A stretch of DNA of 64,000 nucleotides from the NCBI GenBank assembly GCA_963555775.3, contig CAUVWY020000005.1, forward strand, positions 332,855-396,854. Reading direction: 5' to 3'. This document shows positions 11,630 through 23,466 of this stretch, piece by piece (the stretch's first letter is position 1; each line of letters starts with the position of its first letter). The notes under the pieces are model-generated. The model ran no database searches. It was not told the origin of the DNA and saw only the letters and a list, made by a program, of their open reading frames with translations. Made by a program: the position numbers and the translations under genes. This DNA is from Terriglobia bacterium. Its GTDB lineage: Bacteria > Acidobacteriota > Terriglobia > 20CM-2-55-15.

Positions 11630-13375
11630 CTACTTCCAGTACTCCAACCACCGGCGATCCACCAGACCGGCAATGGAGTCATCCATTTCGAGGGGTTTCG
11701 GATAACTTTCCTTCCAGGTTGCATCGATGCCCACGGTTCCGCTGTACACGGGCCGCGCACCGACAAACTCCTGCGACTCGAAAATCATGTCGCGCACGGG
11801 ATCGAACCGGGTGAATATGCCCCATTGCAGATTCTCGTCGTCTTCGATGTCCACGTCCGGACTCACGGTAACGATAATCCGCACGCCGAGCGAAGCCGCG
11901 ATGAGGTTCCCGATCACCTCGCGCGGTTCCCCGCGAACCACGACAACCAGAAAACCTCCTTCAAGCAACTTCCACCGATCGATGCGGGCGTCGAACCGGT
12001 CGGGATCGTCGCGCAGGCGGCAAGGTTCGGGTTGGATCGCATCCCCGGTGGCATCGATGATCAGCTTGCTGCCTACATGCATGGTGCCGGAAGTGAAATC
12101 CAGCGTATCGAGGGGGGCAACGGGCAATAAATGGAAGTGATCTTCCGCTCTCGAGCGATGCCATATGTCGGACAAAACCGCACGAAAATCCTTCGGATCC
12201 CGATCCTCGTGAACCAGTATCATCACCTTCGTGAGCGACAACTGCCCGGTACCGAGCAGGGACATCGCGGTTTTGAGCACCTCTCTGGGGTGTCTTTCCT
12301 GGAGCGCCACCACCAAAAGGTTGTGGAACCCCGCACCCACATACGCGGACAGGTCCACGATGTTGGGATTGATGAGCCGGATCAGAGGGCCGATCATCTC
12401 GCCAGCGGCGATTCCCATGAACTTGTCTTCCTGCGGCGGTTTTCCAACCACGGTTGCCACGTAGATCGGGTTTCGCCGCCGCGTGATTCTGTTGATGTGG
12501 AAAACGGGAAACTCGGCCGCTTCGGAGTAGTGACCGAAGTGATCCCCGAACGGCCCTTCCATACGCCGTTCGCCCGGACGTACCACCCCCTCGAGAATGA
12601 ATTCGGCGCCGGCGGGGACAACCGCGTCGATTGACGCGGCGCGTGCCATCCGCACGCCCTTTCCACGCAGGAAACCTGCAAAGAGGATTTCGTCCACGTC
12701 TTCCGGGAGAGGCAGGATCGAAGCCAGCATGAGAACGGGATCGCACCCGATAACCACCGCGACAGGCAGGTCTTCGCCCCGCCGCTCCGCCTCCCAGTAG
12801 TGTCCGCGTCCTCCCTTCATGCTCTGCCAATGCATGCCGGTCGAGGTGTCGTCGAACACCTGAAGCCGGTACAATCCCAGGTTGCGACGGCGGGTTTCGG
12901 GATGTCTGGTAATCACCATGCCGTAGGTAATGAACCGGCCCGCGTCCCCCGGCCAGCAATGCACAACGGGCAGCCGCCCCAGTTTCGGGGCTTCCACGAC
13001 GTCCTGGCAAAGTGCACGGCCGGATACGCGGGGTTGGGCGAAAAGGCCCTTCCAGATGGTGTGCCTGGATTCCCAGAGGCCTCCAACCGAAGGCGGGTTC
13101 ACACGCGCAATGGTTTGGAGCAGTTCTTCGGCAACGCCGGAGGGTTCACGTCCGATGGCGGCAACCACCCGCTCCCGCGTCCCGAACAGGTTCATCAGGA
13201 GCGGAAAATCGGCGCCCTTGGGATGTTCGAAAAGCAAGGCGGGCCCGCCTTCCCTCAGAACCCTCTGTGCGATCTCGGGGGCCTCGAGAACAGGATCGAC
13301 CTCGGCCGAAATGCGGCAGAGCCAACCCTGGCGTTCGAGATGATTCACGAAATCTTGCAGTGTGTCGAAACGCAT
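11630..13375 (-). CDS. UbiD-family (prFMN) decarboxylase, menaquinone-pathway (MqnL-like) long form
   Basis: NLFGTRER, RRNLGLYRLQ, EGPFGDHFGHYS, VGKPPQED, GIDATWK. Confidence 0.9.
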   Translation of the reverse strand: MRFDTLQDFVNHLERQGWLCRISAEVDPVLEAPEIAQRVLREGGPALLFEHPKGADFPLLMNLFGTRERVVAAIGREPSGVAEELLQTIARVNPPSVGGLWESRHTIWKGLFAQPRVSGRALCQDVVEAPKLGRLPVVHCWPGDAGRFITYGMVITRHPETRRRNLGLYRLQVFDDTSTGMHWQSMKGGRGHYWEAERRGEDLPVAVVIGCDPVLMLASILPLPEDVDEILFAGFLRGKGVRMARAASIDAVVPAGAEFILEGVVRPGERRMEGPFGDHFGHYSEAAEFPVFHINRITRRRNPIYVATVVGKPPQEDKFMGIAAGEMIGPLIRLINPNIVDLSAYVGAGFHNLLVVALQERHPREVLKTAMSLLGTGQLSLTKVMILVHEDRDPKDFRAVLSDIWHRSRAEDHFHLLPVAPLDTLDFTSGTMHVGSKLIIDATGDAIQPEPCRLRDDPDRFDARIDRWKLLEGGFLVVVVRGEPREVIGNLIAASLGVRIIVTVSPDVDIEDDENLQWGIFTRFDPVRDMIFESQEFVGARPVYSGTVGIDATWKESYPKPLEMDDSIAGLVDRRWLEYWK

Positions 13376-13486
13376 GAATTTCCAATCGATCGCCGTCGGG
13401 CCGATCCAGGACAGGAACGGATCTGGGCATCTTACAACATGATTGCCGAGCCACCTCCGGAACCCAGCAAAACAATGGGGCGGCTA

Positions 13487-13662
13487 CCCCGCCTTTCTCA
13501 CGGGTTTTCGTCGCGAAGAGTCGGAGACGCCGTCAGAGCTACGGCGCGTTCCCCGCGCCGGGCGCGTAGCGGCGCGTTCGTCGCGCCGGATCAAGCGCGT
13601 CAGGGGGCGCACTGGCGGATGGATCCGGCACTGTAGCAGACAACTCGTGAGAAATGCGGGGC
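13487..13662. mobile_element. MITE family B, copy 1
   Basis: TIRs CCCGCCTTTCTCACG / CGTGAGAAATGCGGG, TA-flanked; near-identical to 17812-18070. Confidence 0.8.
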
Positions 13663-13851
13663 TAAGGCGAATGCGTCCAGACCATTCACCGGAAGAGGAA
13701 GTCGCGATCGGAAACATTTGCTTCTTCGATGACCGCCCGCGGAGTTCCCGAACACGGTGCGGTGGGGTGTGTTATGTTTCACCGTCGCTACGACTGTATC
13801 GATTGGCAGCCAGTGGCAAAAACACCGCAGTCTGGTGTTTCAGAGGAAGCC

Positions 13852-14850
13852 GTGGGCAAGAAACGAGCGTTAATTACGGGCATTACCGGCCAGGATGGAA
13901 GCTATCTGGCCGAATACCTTCTTGAGAGGGATTACGAGGTTCACGGAATCGTTCGCCGCGTCGCCATCGAGGACCCCGAGCACCGTCTGTGGCGAATCCG
14001 CCACATCCTGCCGAAAATTCAGCTTCACGCGGCATCCCTGGAAAGCTTTCCCAGCATATTCCAGGTCGTGAATCGCGTGCAGCCGACCGAACTCTACCAC
14101 CTCGCCGCACAGAGCTTCGTCGGTTATTCGTTCGAGGACGAGTTTTCGACCCTGACGACAAATATCGACGGGACCCACCATGTTCTCGCCGCGCTCAAGG
14201 AAGTGTCTCCGAAGACTCGATTCTATTTTGCCGCGTCGAGCGAAATGTTCGGGAACGCACCGTCTCCGCAAAACGAAAGCACGCCTTTCAATCCGCGTTC
14301 GGCATACGGCATTTCAAAGCTGGCGGGCTACCACCTGTCGAAGAACTATCGGGAAGCGTACGGTTTGTGGACATCCAACGGCATCCTGTACAACCATGAA
14401 TCGCCGCGGCGTGGATTCGAATTCGTCACACGCAAGGTCACCTCTCTGGCCGCCAGGATCAAACTCGGGATCGAAAGTGAAATCCATCTGGGCAATCTCG
14501 ACTCGAAAAGAGACTGGGGCCATGCCCGCGAGTACGTCCGGGCGATGTGGCTGATGCTGAACTGCGACGAGCCCGGGGACTACGTCATCTCCACGGGAAA
14601 AACCCGGTCGGTTCGCGAACTGCTTGAGTTGGCGTTTGGAATGGTGGATCTGGACCCCTACGCGCACCTCGTGGTCGATCCCGGCCTTCTTCGGCCCGCG
14701 GAAGTCCACACGCTTGTGGGCAACAGTTCGAAAGCCCGCGAAAAGCTTGGATGGACCTGCGGTCTCACGTTCGAAAACCTGATTCGCGAAATGGTCCAGG
14801 CCGATCTCGATCACTACGGCCGCGGCGCCCAACACCGGGAATCAGGGTAG
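13852..14850 (+). CDS. gmd: GDP-mannose 4,6-dehydratase
   Basis: ALITGITGQDGSYLAE, YGISK, NHESPRRG..FVTRK, LGNLDSKRDWGHA; GTG start inferred. Confidence 0.95.
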   Translation: MGKKRALITGITGQDGSYLAEYLLERDYEVHGIVRRVAIEDPEHRLWRIRHILPKIQLHAASLESFPSIFQVVNRVQPTELYHLAAQSFVGYSFEDEFSTLTTNIDGTHHVLAALKEVSPKTRFYFAASSEMFGNAPSPQNESTPFNPRSAYGISKLAGYHLSKNYREAYGLWTSNGILYNHESPRRGFEFVTRKVTSLAARIKLGIESEIHLGNLDSKRDWGHAREYVRAMWLMLNCDEPGDYVISTGKTRSVRELLELAFGMVDLDPYAHLVVDPGLLRPAEVHTLVGNSSKAREKLGWTCGLTFENLIREMVQADLDHYGRGAQHRESG

Positions 14851-14911
14851 CGGCGGGCAAAGTTTAGGAACCGGTGTGCGATCGAGTCAGGGTGCTGCCA
14901 CGGGGGCACGC

Positions 14912-16243
14912 TCAGTATTCGGTAATCGCGATCGGGACGTACGGAAAGGACCCGGCGGCGTCCATGATCGCGCCCGTGTCGTAAAGAATTCCGGTTCCGC
15001 CACCGCCGTTGAAGTCCGCCATCACGTCTCCCCGCGTCGCGCGCATGGGTCCCATCGGCGCAAGCGCCGTCGCTCTGTCACGGGTTTTCGCGATGAACAT
15101 CCCTCCACGGATGCTGCCGTTGCTCCCTCCGTTCCAGTGGATTTCGCCCTGGCCGATCGCCAGAACCAGCCCATTCCACGAAAAGTTGCCCACGAATTTT
15201 GCCACGCCCCGGACCAGGAGAATCCCGTAACCGTTTCCGGGCCCGAAATCGGTATCGCCGTGGACCACGACGACCCGGCGGTCGGACGCCGAACCGATAT
15301 CGCCGATCGCGGCCTTGTTGCCGAAGCCGGGCGTATAGGTGTCCGTAGCAAGATTGGAGATCGCATCGACCATCGATTCCAATCCGGACACCGTCGTCAG
15401 CGTTCCTGACAGATCGCCGCCAACATCGGCGACATCCGGTGTCAGGCCGCCGTCGCCCGTGTAGTTCGCAACTCTGTTGAGGGGAATCGCGTTCCTCACT
15501 CCCCTGTCATCGCCGTCGGATATCACGCCGATCGCTTTCCGGCTGTCACCGCTTCCACCATGGTCGTTTCCGTCGAACTGAAACAGGATGGCATCGGGCG
15601 GAGCGAAAAGTCCGACGCCTCCGTCGAGCGTCAGGGCCGCGGGGATGGGCGGAAAGGAACCTCGCTTGACCAATGCCCCGATCGTCCTGGACGCATTGCC
15701 GACCCGGCCCACCGACAACAACGCCACAACGCCGTTGCCATCGACCGTCGCCGTCTCTCCATCGGCGGAATCGTTGCGGATGAACACATGATACGTTCCG
15801 ATCGCGTTTCCGGTGGAATCGATCATGGACAACCCGTCCATCCGCAGGGCGCCCGCCTCAGGCAACAGAGGCGCGTCGTCCGAAGCCAGGAGCGCTCGCA
15901 GACTGCCCGATGTCGACAGCGTTCCGTCGGCGCCGGCGGCGGTCGTCAGGTTCGCCGACAGGCTGCGGGCCGAACCCCGCAATGTCGCGCGCGCGACTTC
16001 AATACCTGCTTCGGCAAGGTATTGAGCCTGGGTTCGCGTGACGTAGTTGTGGCTGATTCTGGTGTCGATCTGGATCGTGGTCAGCAACGCTCCTCCCAGG
16101 ATCGTCAAGAAGGCCAGCGCCATCAGAGCCGTGATCAGGGCAAGGCCACTCTCGCAGGAGGCGGATCTCTCCATGCCGTTCCACCGATGTCGCGAAATGA
16201 CCCGGGGCCGCTGGCCCGCGTCTTTCGAAATTCTCATGTCCAA
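14912..16243 (-). CDS. PilX-like type IV pilus assembly protein
   Basis: ESGLALITAL hydrophobic N-helix and QAQYLAEAGIE (PilX N-terminal motif). Confidence 0.8.
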   Translation of the reverse strand: MDMRISKDAGQRPRVISRHRWNGMERSASCESGLALITALMALAFLTILGGALLTTIQIDTRISHNYVTRTQAQYLAEAGIEVARATLRGSARSLSANLTTAAGADGTLSTSGSLRALLASDDAPLLPEAGALRMDGLSMIDSTGNAIGTYHVFIRNDSADGETATVDGNGVVALLSVGRVGNASRTIGALVKRGSFPPIPAALTLDGGVGLFAPPDAILFQFDGNDHGGSGDSRKAIGVISDGDDRGVRNAIPLNRVANYTGDGGLTPDVADVGGDLSGTLTTVSGLESMVDAISNLATDTYTPGFGNKAAIGDIGSASDRRVVVVHGDTDFGPGNGYGILLVRGVAKFVGNFSWNGLVLAIGQGEIHWNGGSNGSIRGGMFIAKTRDRATALAPMGPMRATRGDVMADFNGGGGTGILYDTGAIMDAAGSFPYVPIAITEY

Positions 16244-16248
16244 AGCCG

Positions 16249-17172
16249 CTATCGATAGATCTGGATGTTCCGGGGATACACGGTCATCTCGATCTGGAAC
16301 GTTGCGAAATTTCCGGTCGAGGGAAGTGCCTCAGCCGTTTGCGCCGCAAGGGTAAAGTCCACACGCCGGATGGCCGCCCGGTCGTCGAGATTCGTAACGG
16401 TCACGACATTGTTCGATATGTCGCGGTAGACGAACGACAATGCCGTAAAGTTGCCCCCAACCGTGGCATATCTGAGGGCCGGCGCGGTTGGCGTCGTGAA
16501 AGCGCCGGAGGTGGCCCGCTGAATATTGCCGGAGTTCAAACGATAGGCCAGGGCTTCCTCCGCATTGATGTTGGGCACTCGAGGGAACGTCCCGCCACCT
16601 GCCGCGATGGCCACCGGGGTCAGTGCGATGGTATCGGCCCGTCGGTCAATCGCGTCGATCCTTGCCCGAACCCAGGTCCACGAACCCGCCGTCTGGCCCC
16701 AAAGAAAGACGAAGCGGTCGGTGTTGTCGCCCACGATCCCGGATATCGCGGCCACGTCGTCCACGGCGACCGTCGTCGGGGTCAGGACCAGGTACGCCAG
16801 GGGCGGCGGACTCGTGATTGCCGCGATCCCGTTTCGGACACCCGCTCGAAACACGATCGTATCGGCATCGGTACCGTTCAGGAACGTCTGGACGGATTCG
16901 ACGGCCGTCGTATCCATCGACGCCGCAAACGCCGGCACACCCTGACCCGCCATCCGGATCTCGTCGGCCATCATGGACGCAACGGCCCGCGCGCTCTGCT
17001 GCATTTCGATCGTCAGGTTCCGGTCACGGAACAGATTCTGGTTCTGAAACAACAGGGTGAAGACCACCGCCCCCATCCCAACGGTAATCGCCATGGCAAT
17101 CGACAGTTCAAGGAGCGAGAAACCGCTGTCTTGCCTCCGGTCGGGCATTGCCTTGGACAGTGCTTCAGACAT
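16249..17172 (-). CDS. PilW-like minor pilin
   Basis: Prepilin site GFSLLEL; MQQSARA...DEIRMAG. Confidence 0.85.
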   Translation of the reverse strand: MSEALSKAMPDRRQDSGFSLLELSIAMAITVGMGAVVFTLLFQNQNLFRDRNLTIEMQQSARAVASMMADEIRMAGQGVPAFAASMDTTAVESVQTFLNGTDADTIVFRAGVRNGIAAITSPPPLAYLVLTPTTVAVDDVAAISGIVGDNTDRFVFLWGQTAGSWTWVRARIDAIDRRADTIALTPVAIAAGGGTFPRVPNINAEEALAYRLNSGNIQRATSGAFTTPTAPALRYATVGGNFTALSFVYRDISNNVVTVTNLDDRAAIRRVDFTLAAQTAEALPSTGNFATFQIEMTVYPRNIQIYR

Positions 17173-17188
17173 TGCTTTGGAGATTGCT

Positions 17189-17659
17189 TCAGAATCCGTC
17201 GGTCAGGCTCGTCGCCGCACGAAACAACTCAACCCGATTTCCAGTGACGCCGCTGCGCATTGCGTATACCGCAACGGTAATCAGACGGGGATCGGTCCCC
17301 GAGACCTGCCACAGCCGCAAATACGGGCTCGATCCGGCCGTCGCGCCGGTCGTAATCGTCCCGGAAGGCGTGATCTCAACGTATTCAAAGAAACCGGCCG
17401 TGGGGTTGGCCGCGTCGAGTCCGCCGCCTGGGGTTAATTCGCGGATCGGCGTAACGGATCGAAGATCCTCGATCTTGGATGCCCCCAACAAGGCGGCTAT
17501 CGTTCGCTGCTCGGTCAACAGGTTGGTGCGGGACGAATAGGCGAAAATGGACGCCACGGAAACCAGCGCCGGCACCATGATCGCGGTCGCGATCATGGTT
17601 TCGATGAGCGTAAAGCCGCGGCCATAGGAAATACCTGAATCTGTATTTATCGTCGACAT
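17189..17659 (-). CDS. PilV-like minor pilin
   Basis: Prepilin site RGFTLIETMIA; KIEDLR motif. Confidence 0.85.
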   Translation of the reverse strand: MSTINTDSGISYGRGFTLIETMIATAIMVPALVSVASIFAYSSRTNLLTEQRTIAALLGASKIEDLRSVTPIRELTPGGGLDAANPTAGFFEYVEITPSGTITTGATAGSSPYLRLWQVSGTDPRLITVAVYAMRSGVTGNRVELFRAATSLTDGF

Positions 17660-17714
17660 CTGGCGCAATCCCGTTGGGATTTGTAACCGCCGGGACGGAT
17701 TACCGCCTTCGAAT

Positions 17715-17730
17715 AGCACGTCCGATGCCA
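17715..17730 (-). promoter_or_regulatory. sigma54 -24/-12 promoter of the pilin operon
   Basis: TGGCATCGGACGTGCT on the minus strand (GG-N10-GC). Confidence 0.65.
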
Positions 17731-17811
17731 AACGTTGCGAAGCCGGCGGTTGCCCTACAACCGCGGTTCCACCGGAATCCGGAGTTCCCGAATCGGCGCC
17801 TTGGAAACTTA

Positions 17812-18070
17812 GCCCGCCTTTCTCACGGATTTTCGTCGCGAAGAGTCGGAGACGCCGTCAGAGCTACGGCGCGTATCCTCGCGCCGGGCGCGTAGCGGCG
17901 TAATTCCTTGCGCCGGATCAAGCGCGCCAAGGGGCGTGCCTGAAAGTTTCTGATTGAATTGAACGAAGACGCAGTCGATGGGTGGGAAAGGCAGGACGAT
18001 GCGAGCCAGGCACCCCGGCACTGGCGGATGGATCCGGCGCTGTAGCAGACAACTCGTGAGAAATGCGGGC
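17812..18070. mobile_element. MITE family B, copy 2, with ~80-bp extra internal segment
   Basis: Same TIRs and body as 13487-13662; extra 17936-18013 bounded by GTGCCTG/CAGGCAC. Confidence 0.8.
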
Positions 18071-18191
18071 CAGGTCGTCTTTGTCGCGGACTACCCGGAC
18101 AAGATCGTCCTGCGGAACGATACGTATCAATGTGCGGAAGTGGAACAGGAGTTGCCGGACCGACATCGGCCCCCGCGGCCGCGAACGGTCG

Positions 18192-21100
18192 TCAACCGCG
18201 AGTGATCTGGGCGTGATATTCCTGAAGCGTTCGGACCGTCAGCGACTCGCGCTGGAGTTCACGGATACCGTTGACCGCCGCGGTTCCGCCCGAAAACGTC
18301 GTGATGCACGGAATGCGGTAACGCATGGCGGCACGCCGGATAGCCTTTTCGTCAAAGAAGGATTCGCGTCCAAGGGGCGTGTTGATTACCAGATCCACCT
18401 CGCCGCTCTTGATCTTGTCCACCACATGCGGGCGGCCCTGGTTGACCTTGTAGACCGGGGTGGCTTCGACTCCGGCGGCGTTGAGGACGGCCGCGGTCCC
18501 GGAAGTCGCCAGGATCGTGAATCCCATCGCTTTCAGTTCGCGCCCAAGCTCGCTCACGAACCTCTTGTCCTGCTGGTTGACGCTCAGGAACGCGGTTCCC
18601 GATCGGGGCAGAACGGTACCGGCACTGATCTGCGCCTTGACATACGCCTTGCCAAACGTATCGTCGATCCCCATCACCTCGCCCGTGGATTTCATTTCGG
18701 GCCCAAGGATCGGATCGACTCCGGCGAAACGGGAAAAGGGAAACACCGGAGATTTGACGAAATACTGGTACACCGGCAGTTCATCGGGAAGGTTGAAATC
18801 ATCCAGCTTCGCGCCCACCATCACGCGCGCCGCCACTTTCGCCAGCGGAACACCCGTCGCCTTGCTGACGAAGGGAACGGTCCTCGAAGCGCGTGGGTTC
18901 ACTTCAATGACGTATACGGTTTCTCTCTGCACCGCAAACTGGACATTCATCAGCCCGATCACGTCGAGCGCTCCGCCAAGCTCCACGGTGTATTTCCTGA
19001 TCTGCTCCCGATGCTCCTCGCTCAACTGATAGGCGGGCAGGACGCAGGAACTGTCGCCGGAATGGACTCCGGCTTCTTCGATATGCTCCATGATCCCGCC
19101 GATCACCACGCGGTCGCCGTCGGATAACGCATCGACATCGATTTCCATGGCGTCTTCCAGAAACCGGTCGATCAGAATGGGACGCTCCTGCGACACCTCG
19201 ACGGCTTCTTTCATGTATTCGTCGAGGGCCCGCTCGTCATAGGCAATGACCATCGCACGCCCGCCCAGGACGTACGAAGGCCGAACCAGAACCGGATAAC
19301 CGATCTCGTCGGCAATCGCACGGGCTTCTTCCAGCGAAACGGCCGTTCCGTTCGCAGGTTGGGGAATATTCAACTCGGTCAACAACTTGCCGAATCTTTT
19401 TCGATCTTCGGCCAGGTCGATGGACTGGGGAGAGGTGCCGACAATGGGTACACCGGCCGCCTGCAGATCCAACGCCAGATTCAGCGGCGTTTGCCCCCCG
19501 AATTGCACGATCACCCCGGTCGGTTTCTCCGCCTCGACCACGTGCAGCACGTCTTCGAGCGTTAACGGTTCGAAGTACAGACGATCCGCCGTGTCGTAGT
19601 CGGTTGAAACCGTTTCGGGGTTGCAGTTGACCATGATCGTTTCGAATCCGTCGTCCTTGAGCGCGAACGCGGCATGGCAGCAACAATAGTCAAACTCGAT
19701 GCCCTGCCCGATCCGGTTCGGGCCGCTGCCCAGGATCATGATCTTCTTTTCGGTCGTCGGCTCGACCTCGTCTTCGTCTTCGTATGTGGAGTACATGTAC
19801 GGCGTGAAGGATTCGAACTCGGCCGCGCAGGTGTCCACCCGTTTGTAGACCGGTCTAAGACCGAGTTCGCGGCGGCGCCCGGCAATCGCCGCCGTATCGA
19901 CGCCGAGCAGTTTCGCAATCCGGCGGTCCGAGAAACCGCTGCGTTTCGCCGTTTCAAGCAATTCGGCGGACAGCTCCCCGCCTTGCTGCGCGGCAAGCTG
20001 CTGGTCCAGCTCCGCCACCTCGCGCAGTTCGTGCAGAAACCATGGATCGATCGAAGTAAGCCTGGCAACCTCAGCGATCTCCATTCCGTTGGAGAGCGCG
20101 TGGATCACGTAATGAATCCGCTCCGGATTCGGAGTCGTCAGATGCTGCATCAACTTGTCGGGATCGACGCGTTCGGAGCCCATCCGGCCACCGATCTCAA
20201 GCGACCGAAGACCCTTCATCAGAGCTTCCTTGAACGTCCGTCCAATCGCCATCACTTCGCCCACCGACTTCATCTGCGTGCCGAGGATGGGTTCGGCCTC
20301 CTTGAACTTTTCGAAGGCCCATTTGGGGATCTTGACGACAACGTAATCCAGCATCGGCTCGAACGATGCCGGCGTCTTTTTGGTGATGTCGTTGGGAATC
20401 TCGTCGAGAGTGTATCCGACGGCGAGCTTGGCCGCGATCTTGGCGATCGGGAATCCGGTGGCTTTCGATGCCAGAGCCGAGCTTCTGGACACTCGCGGAT
20501 TCATTTCGATGACCACCACGCGGCCGTCTTCCGGGTGCACTCCGAACTGAATGTTGGAACCCCCGGTCTCGACGCCAACCTTGCGGATCACCCGTACCGA
20601 GGCGTCGCGCAGCCGCTGATATTCGCGATCGGTCAGAGTCTGTGCCGGGGCGACCGTGATGGAGTCGCCCGTATGGATTCCCATCGGATCGAAGTTCTCG
20701 ATGGAGCAAATGATGACGACGTTGTCCTGGAGGTCGCGCATGACCTCCAATTCAAATTCCTTCCACCCGAGGACCGACTCTTCGATCAGAACCTGATGAA
20801 CCGGGCTCAAGTCCAACCCGTTCTGGACGATGTCGGCATACTCTTCACTGTTGAACGCGATACCTCCGCCGGTTCCTCCGAGGGTGAACGACGGCCGAAT
20901 CACGGCCGGAAAGCCGATGTGGTCGATGATCCGCTCGGCATCGCGCATGTTGTCGACGACCGCGCTTTCGGGCGTGGCCAGCCCGATTTCCTTCATCGCC
21001 TCCTTGAAGAGCAACCGGTCTTCGGCCACCTTCACGGCGTTGAGCTTTGCGCCGATCATCTCGACGTTGTACTTGTCGAGCACTCCGTCTTCGGCAAGCT

Positions 21101-21401
21101 TGACCGTAATGTTCAGCGCGGTCTGCCCGCCAACGGTCGGCAGAATCGCATCGGGCTTTTCACGCTCGATCACCTGGGCGACAAACTCGGCAGTCAGCGG
21201 CTCGACGTAAGTCCGTTCGGCCAGTTCCGGGTCCGTCATGATCGTCGCCGGATTCGAGTTGACCAGAACCACCTCGTAGCCTTCTTCGCGCAAGGCCTTG
21301 CAGGCCTGGGTCCCGGAATAGTCGAACTCGCAAGCCTGCCCGATGACGATGGGGCCCGACCCGACGATAAGGATCCTGGAGATGTCGTCGCGTTTAGGCA
21401 T
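18192..21401 (-). CDS. carB: Carbamoyl-phosphate synthase large subunit
   Basis: [28 protein letters not shown]; duplicated ATP-grasp domains; MGS domain. Confidence 0.99.
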   Translation of the reverse strand: MPKRDDISRILIVGSGPIVIGQACEFDYSGTQACKALREEGYEVVLVNSNPATIMTDPELAERTYVEPLTAEFVAQVIEREKPDAILPTVGGQTALNITVKLAEDGVLDKYNVEMIGAKLNAVKVAEDRLLFKEAMKEIGLATPESAVVDNMRDAERIIDHIGFPAVIRPSFTLGGTGGGIAFNSEEYADIVQNGLDLSPVHQVLIEESVLGWKEFELEVMRDLQDNVVIICSIENFDPMGIHTGDSITVAPAQTLTDREYQRLRDASVRVIRKVGVETGGSNIQFGVHPEDGRVVVIEMNPRVSRSSALASKATGFPIAKIAAKLAVGYTLDEIPNDITKKTPASFEPMLDYVVVKIPKWAFEKFKEAEPILGTQMKSVGEVMAIGRTFKEALMKGLRSLEIGGRMGSERVDPDKLMQHLTTPNPERIHYVIHALSNGMEIAEVARLTSIDPWFLHELREVAELDQQLAAQQGGELSAELLETAKRSGFSDRRIAKLLGVDTAAIAGRRRELGLRPVYKRVDTCAAEFESFTPYMYSTYEDEDEVEPTTEKKIMILGSGPNRIGQGIEFDYCCCHAAFALKDDGFETIMVNCNPETVSTDYDTADRLYFEPLTLEDVLHVVEAEKPTGVIVQFGGQTPLNLALDLQAAGVPIVGTSPQSIDLAEDRKRFGKLLTELNIPQPANGTAVSLEEARAIADEIGYPVLVRPSYVLGGRAMVIAYDERALDEYMKEAVEVSQERPILIDRFLEDAMEIDVDALSDGDRVVIGGIMEHIEEAGVHSGDSSCVLPAYQLSEEHREQIRKYTVELGGALDVIGLMNVQFAVQRETVYVIEVNPRASRTVPFVSKATGVPLAKVAARVMVGAKLDDFNLPDELPVYQYFVKSPVFPFSRFAGVDPILGPEMKSTGEVMGIDDTFGKAYVKAQISAGTVLPRSGTAFLSVNQQDKRFVSELGRELKAMGFTILATSGTAAVLNAAGVEATPVYKVNQGRPHVVDKIKSGEVDLVINTPLGRESFFDEKAIRRAAMRYRIPCITTFSGGTAAVNGIRELQRESLTVRTLQEYHAQITRG

Positions 21402-22515
21402 CGCGCATCATGTCGATGAACTTCTGGAATAGATAAAAGGAATCGTGCGGCCCCGGGGACGCTTCAGGGTGGTATTGCACGCTGAACGCCGGCAGGTTTC
21501 GATGCTCCAGTCCTTCGATTGTCATGTCGTTCAGGTTCAGATGGGTAATGCGGACCTCGTTGTCGTCAAGGCTGTCCGCATCGACCGCGAAACCATGATT
21601 CTGCGCCGTGATTTCTACTCGTCCCGTATCGAGATTCCGGACCGGCTGGTTTCCGCCGTGATGACCGAAGTTGAGCTTGAAGGTACGTCCGCCCAACGCC
21701 AGCCCCATGATCTGATGACCCAGACAGATGCCAAAAACCGGTTTCTTGCCCAGAAGCGCCCGGACGTTCCGGACGGCGTATTCCACAGGTTCCGGATCTC
21801 CGGGACCATTGGAGAGAAAGATCCCGTCGGGATTGAGCGCCAGAACGTCGGCGGCGGAGGTGGACGCCGGAACCACCCGTACATCCGCGCCAACGTGGAT
21901 CAGATCGCGCAGAATGTTGGTCTTGATTCCGAAGTCGTAGGCCACGACACGATAGCGGCGGCCCTCGACTTTTGCGATGTCGGCAAACTCAACGAAGTCG
22001 AGCGCCTCGCCCGATGCCTCGTAACCCTCGTCCGTGGTCACCACGCTGGCCAGGTCCCGCCCAATCATTTCGGGGGCGGCACTCACCTTTTGTTTCAGCG
22101 AATCCAGGTCATGGTCCACCAGGGACACCACCGCGCGCATCGCGCCTTTTTCGCGGATATGGCGAACCAGGGCACGGGTGTCGATTTCGGAGATGGCGGG
22201 AATCCTGTTCCGGTAGAGGTAGTCCTGGAGCGATCCCGAGATTCTCCAGTTGCTGGGGTGGGGCGTCATTCTGCGGACCACGAACGCTTCCAGAAACGGC
22301 CGCCGGGACTCGACGTCTTCGAGGTTGACCCCGGTGTTTCCGATCAGCGGATAGGTCATCGTAACGATCTGGCCGGCATAGGAAGGATCGGTCAGGATTT
22401 CCTGATATCCCGACATCGACGTGTTGAACACGACTTCACCGACGGCCTCGCCCTCAAAACCGTGACCTTCGCCATGGAACACCCGGCCGTCTTCGAGGAG
22501 CAACGTCGCTTTCAT
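21394..22515 (-). CDS. carA: Carbamoyl-phosphate synthase small subunit
   Basis: [46 protein letters not shown]. Confidence 0.98.
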   Translation of the reverse strand: MKATLLLEDGRVFHGEGHGFEGEAVGEVVFNTSMSGYQEILTDPSYAGQIVTMTYPLIGNTGVNLEDVESRRPFLEAFVVRRMTPHPSNWRISGSLQDYLYRNRIPAISEIDTRALVRHIREKGAMRAVVSLVDHDLDSLKQKVSAAPEMIGRDLASVVTTDEGYEASGEALDFVEFADIAKVEGRRYRVVAYDFGIKTNILRDLIHVGADVRVVPASTSAADVLALNPDGIFLSNGPGDPEPVEYAVRNVRALLGKKPVFGICLGHQIMGLALGGRTFKLNFGHHGGNQPVRNLDTGRVEITAQNHGFAVDADSLDDNEVRITHLNLNDMTIEGLEHRNLPAFSVQYHPEASPGPHDSFYLFQKFIDMMRDA

Positions 22516-23102
22516 CAATCGAGGACACCCATCTTGGCGACGGGCCAGTAACGGAATACGGCCTTTCCGTAGATGTTTTCGCGGGGCACCAGACCCCACA
22601 TGCGGCTGTCGTTCGATTGGTTGCGGTGATCGCCGAGCACGTAATAGTGTGCCTCATCCACTGTGACCGCACCGTAGGAGCGTCGATCCATGAAATTCGG
22701 CGGAACGTAGGGTTCATCGAGGAGAGCGCCGTTAACGACGAGGCGTCCCGACCGAATCTCGACGACGTCTCCGGGCAGACCGATCACCCGTTTGATATAG
22801 GAGCGGGAAGGATCGAGCGGATACCGGAAGACCACGATGTCGCCCCGTTCGATGTCGTCGATCCGGTACAGGAACTTGTTGACGAAGATGCGCTCCTGGT
22901 CCACCAGTTCGGGCAACATGCTGGTGCCTTCGACCTTGACCGGCTGGTAAAGGAAAACAACAACAATGACGGCGCCGCCGACCGCGAACAACAAGTCGCG
23001 CACCCACCACCGTATCTCACTTAAAACACTGGATTGATAGGGGTTGTCGACCGCTTCCGGGGCTGCGGATTCCCCCTCGACAGGATGTTCGGGCTTAATC
23101 AT
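22515..23102 (-). CDS. lepB: Signal peptidase I
   Basis: VEGTSMLP (Ser), [11 protein letters not shown] (Lys), [11 protein letters not shown]. Confidence 0.95.
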   Translation of the reverse strand: MIKPEHPVEGESAAPEAVDNPYQSSVLSEIRWWVRDLLFAVGGAVIVVVFLYQPVKVEGTSMLPELVDQERIFVNKFLYRIDDIERGDIVVFRYPLDPSRSYIKRVIGLPGDVVEIRSGRLVVNGALLDEPYVPPNFMDRRSYGAVTVDEAHYYVLGDHRNQSNDSRMWGLVPRENIYGKAVFRYWPVAKMGVLD

Positions 23103-23268
23103 CGGGCAAGAAGGTTCATTCTAGAGGATTTGGGAGAGAATCGAAAGAGCGGCGCCGGTTCGGGCACGGACTATTTCAAGTCAGGACCAGTCCTCGGATG
23201 AGGAGGGAAGGCGGCATGTTATTATATTTTTACAGTGCAGGCCCTGCACCAAACCCAAGGTAGAAACA

Positions 23269-23466
23269 ATGAATCAGGAACCGATCGGCATCATTCTGGT
23301 ACTGGTCACAATTATTGGGACTGGAATTACACTCGCCCTGCTACTTGTTCCAGGACAGCGCGAGTTGCAAAGACAGGTAAGCGACTTGCGCCAGCGTATG
23401 GCCCGACTGGAGGGACTGTTCGAAGGATTCACCAGACGAACCGGAACTCAGGGAACTCCGGAATGA
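23269..23466 (+). CDS. Small membrane-anchored coiled-coil protein
   Basis: One TM helix followed by LQRQVSDLRQRMARLEGLFEG; opposite strand to neighbours, lower GC. Confidence 0.6.
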   Translation: MNQEPIGIILVLVTIIGTGITLALLLVPGQRELQRQVSDLRQRMARLEGLFEGFTRRTGTQGTPE

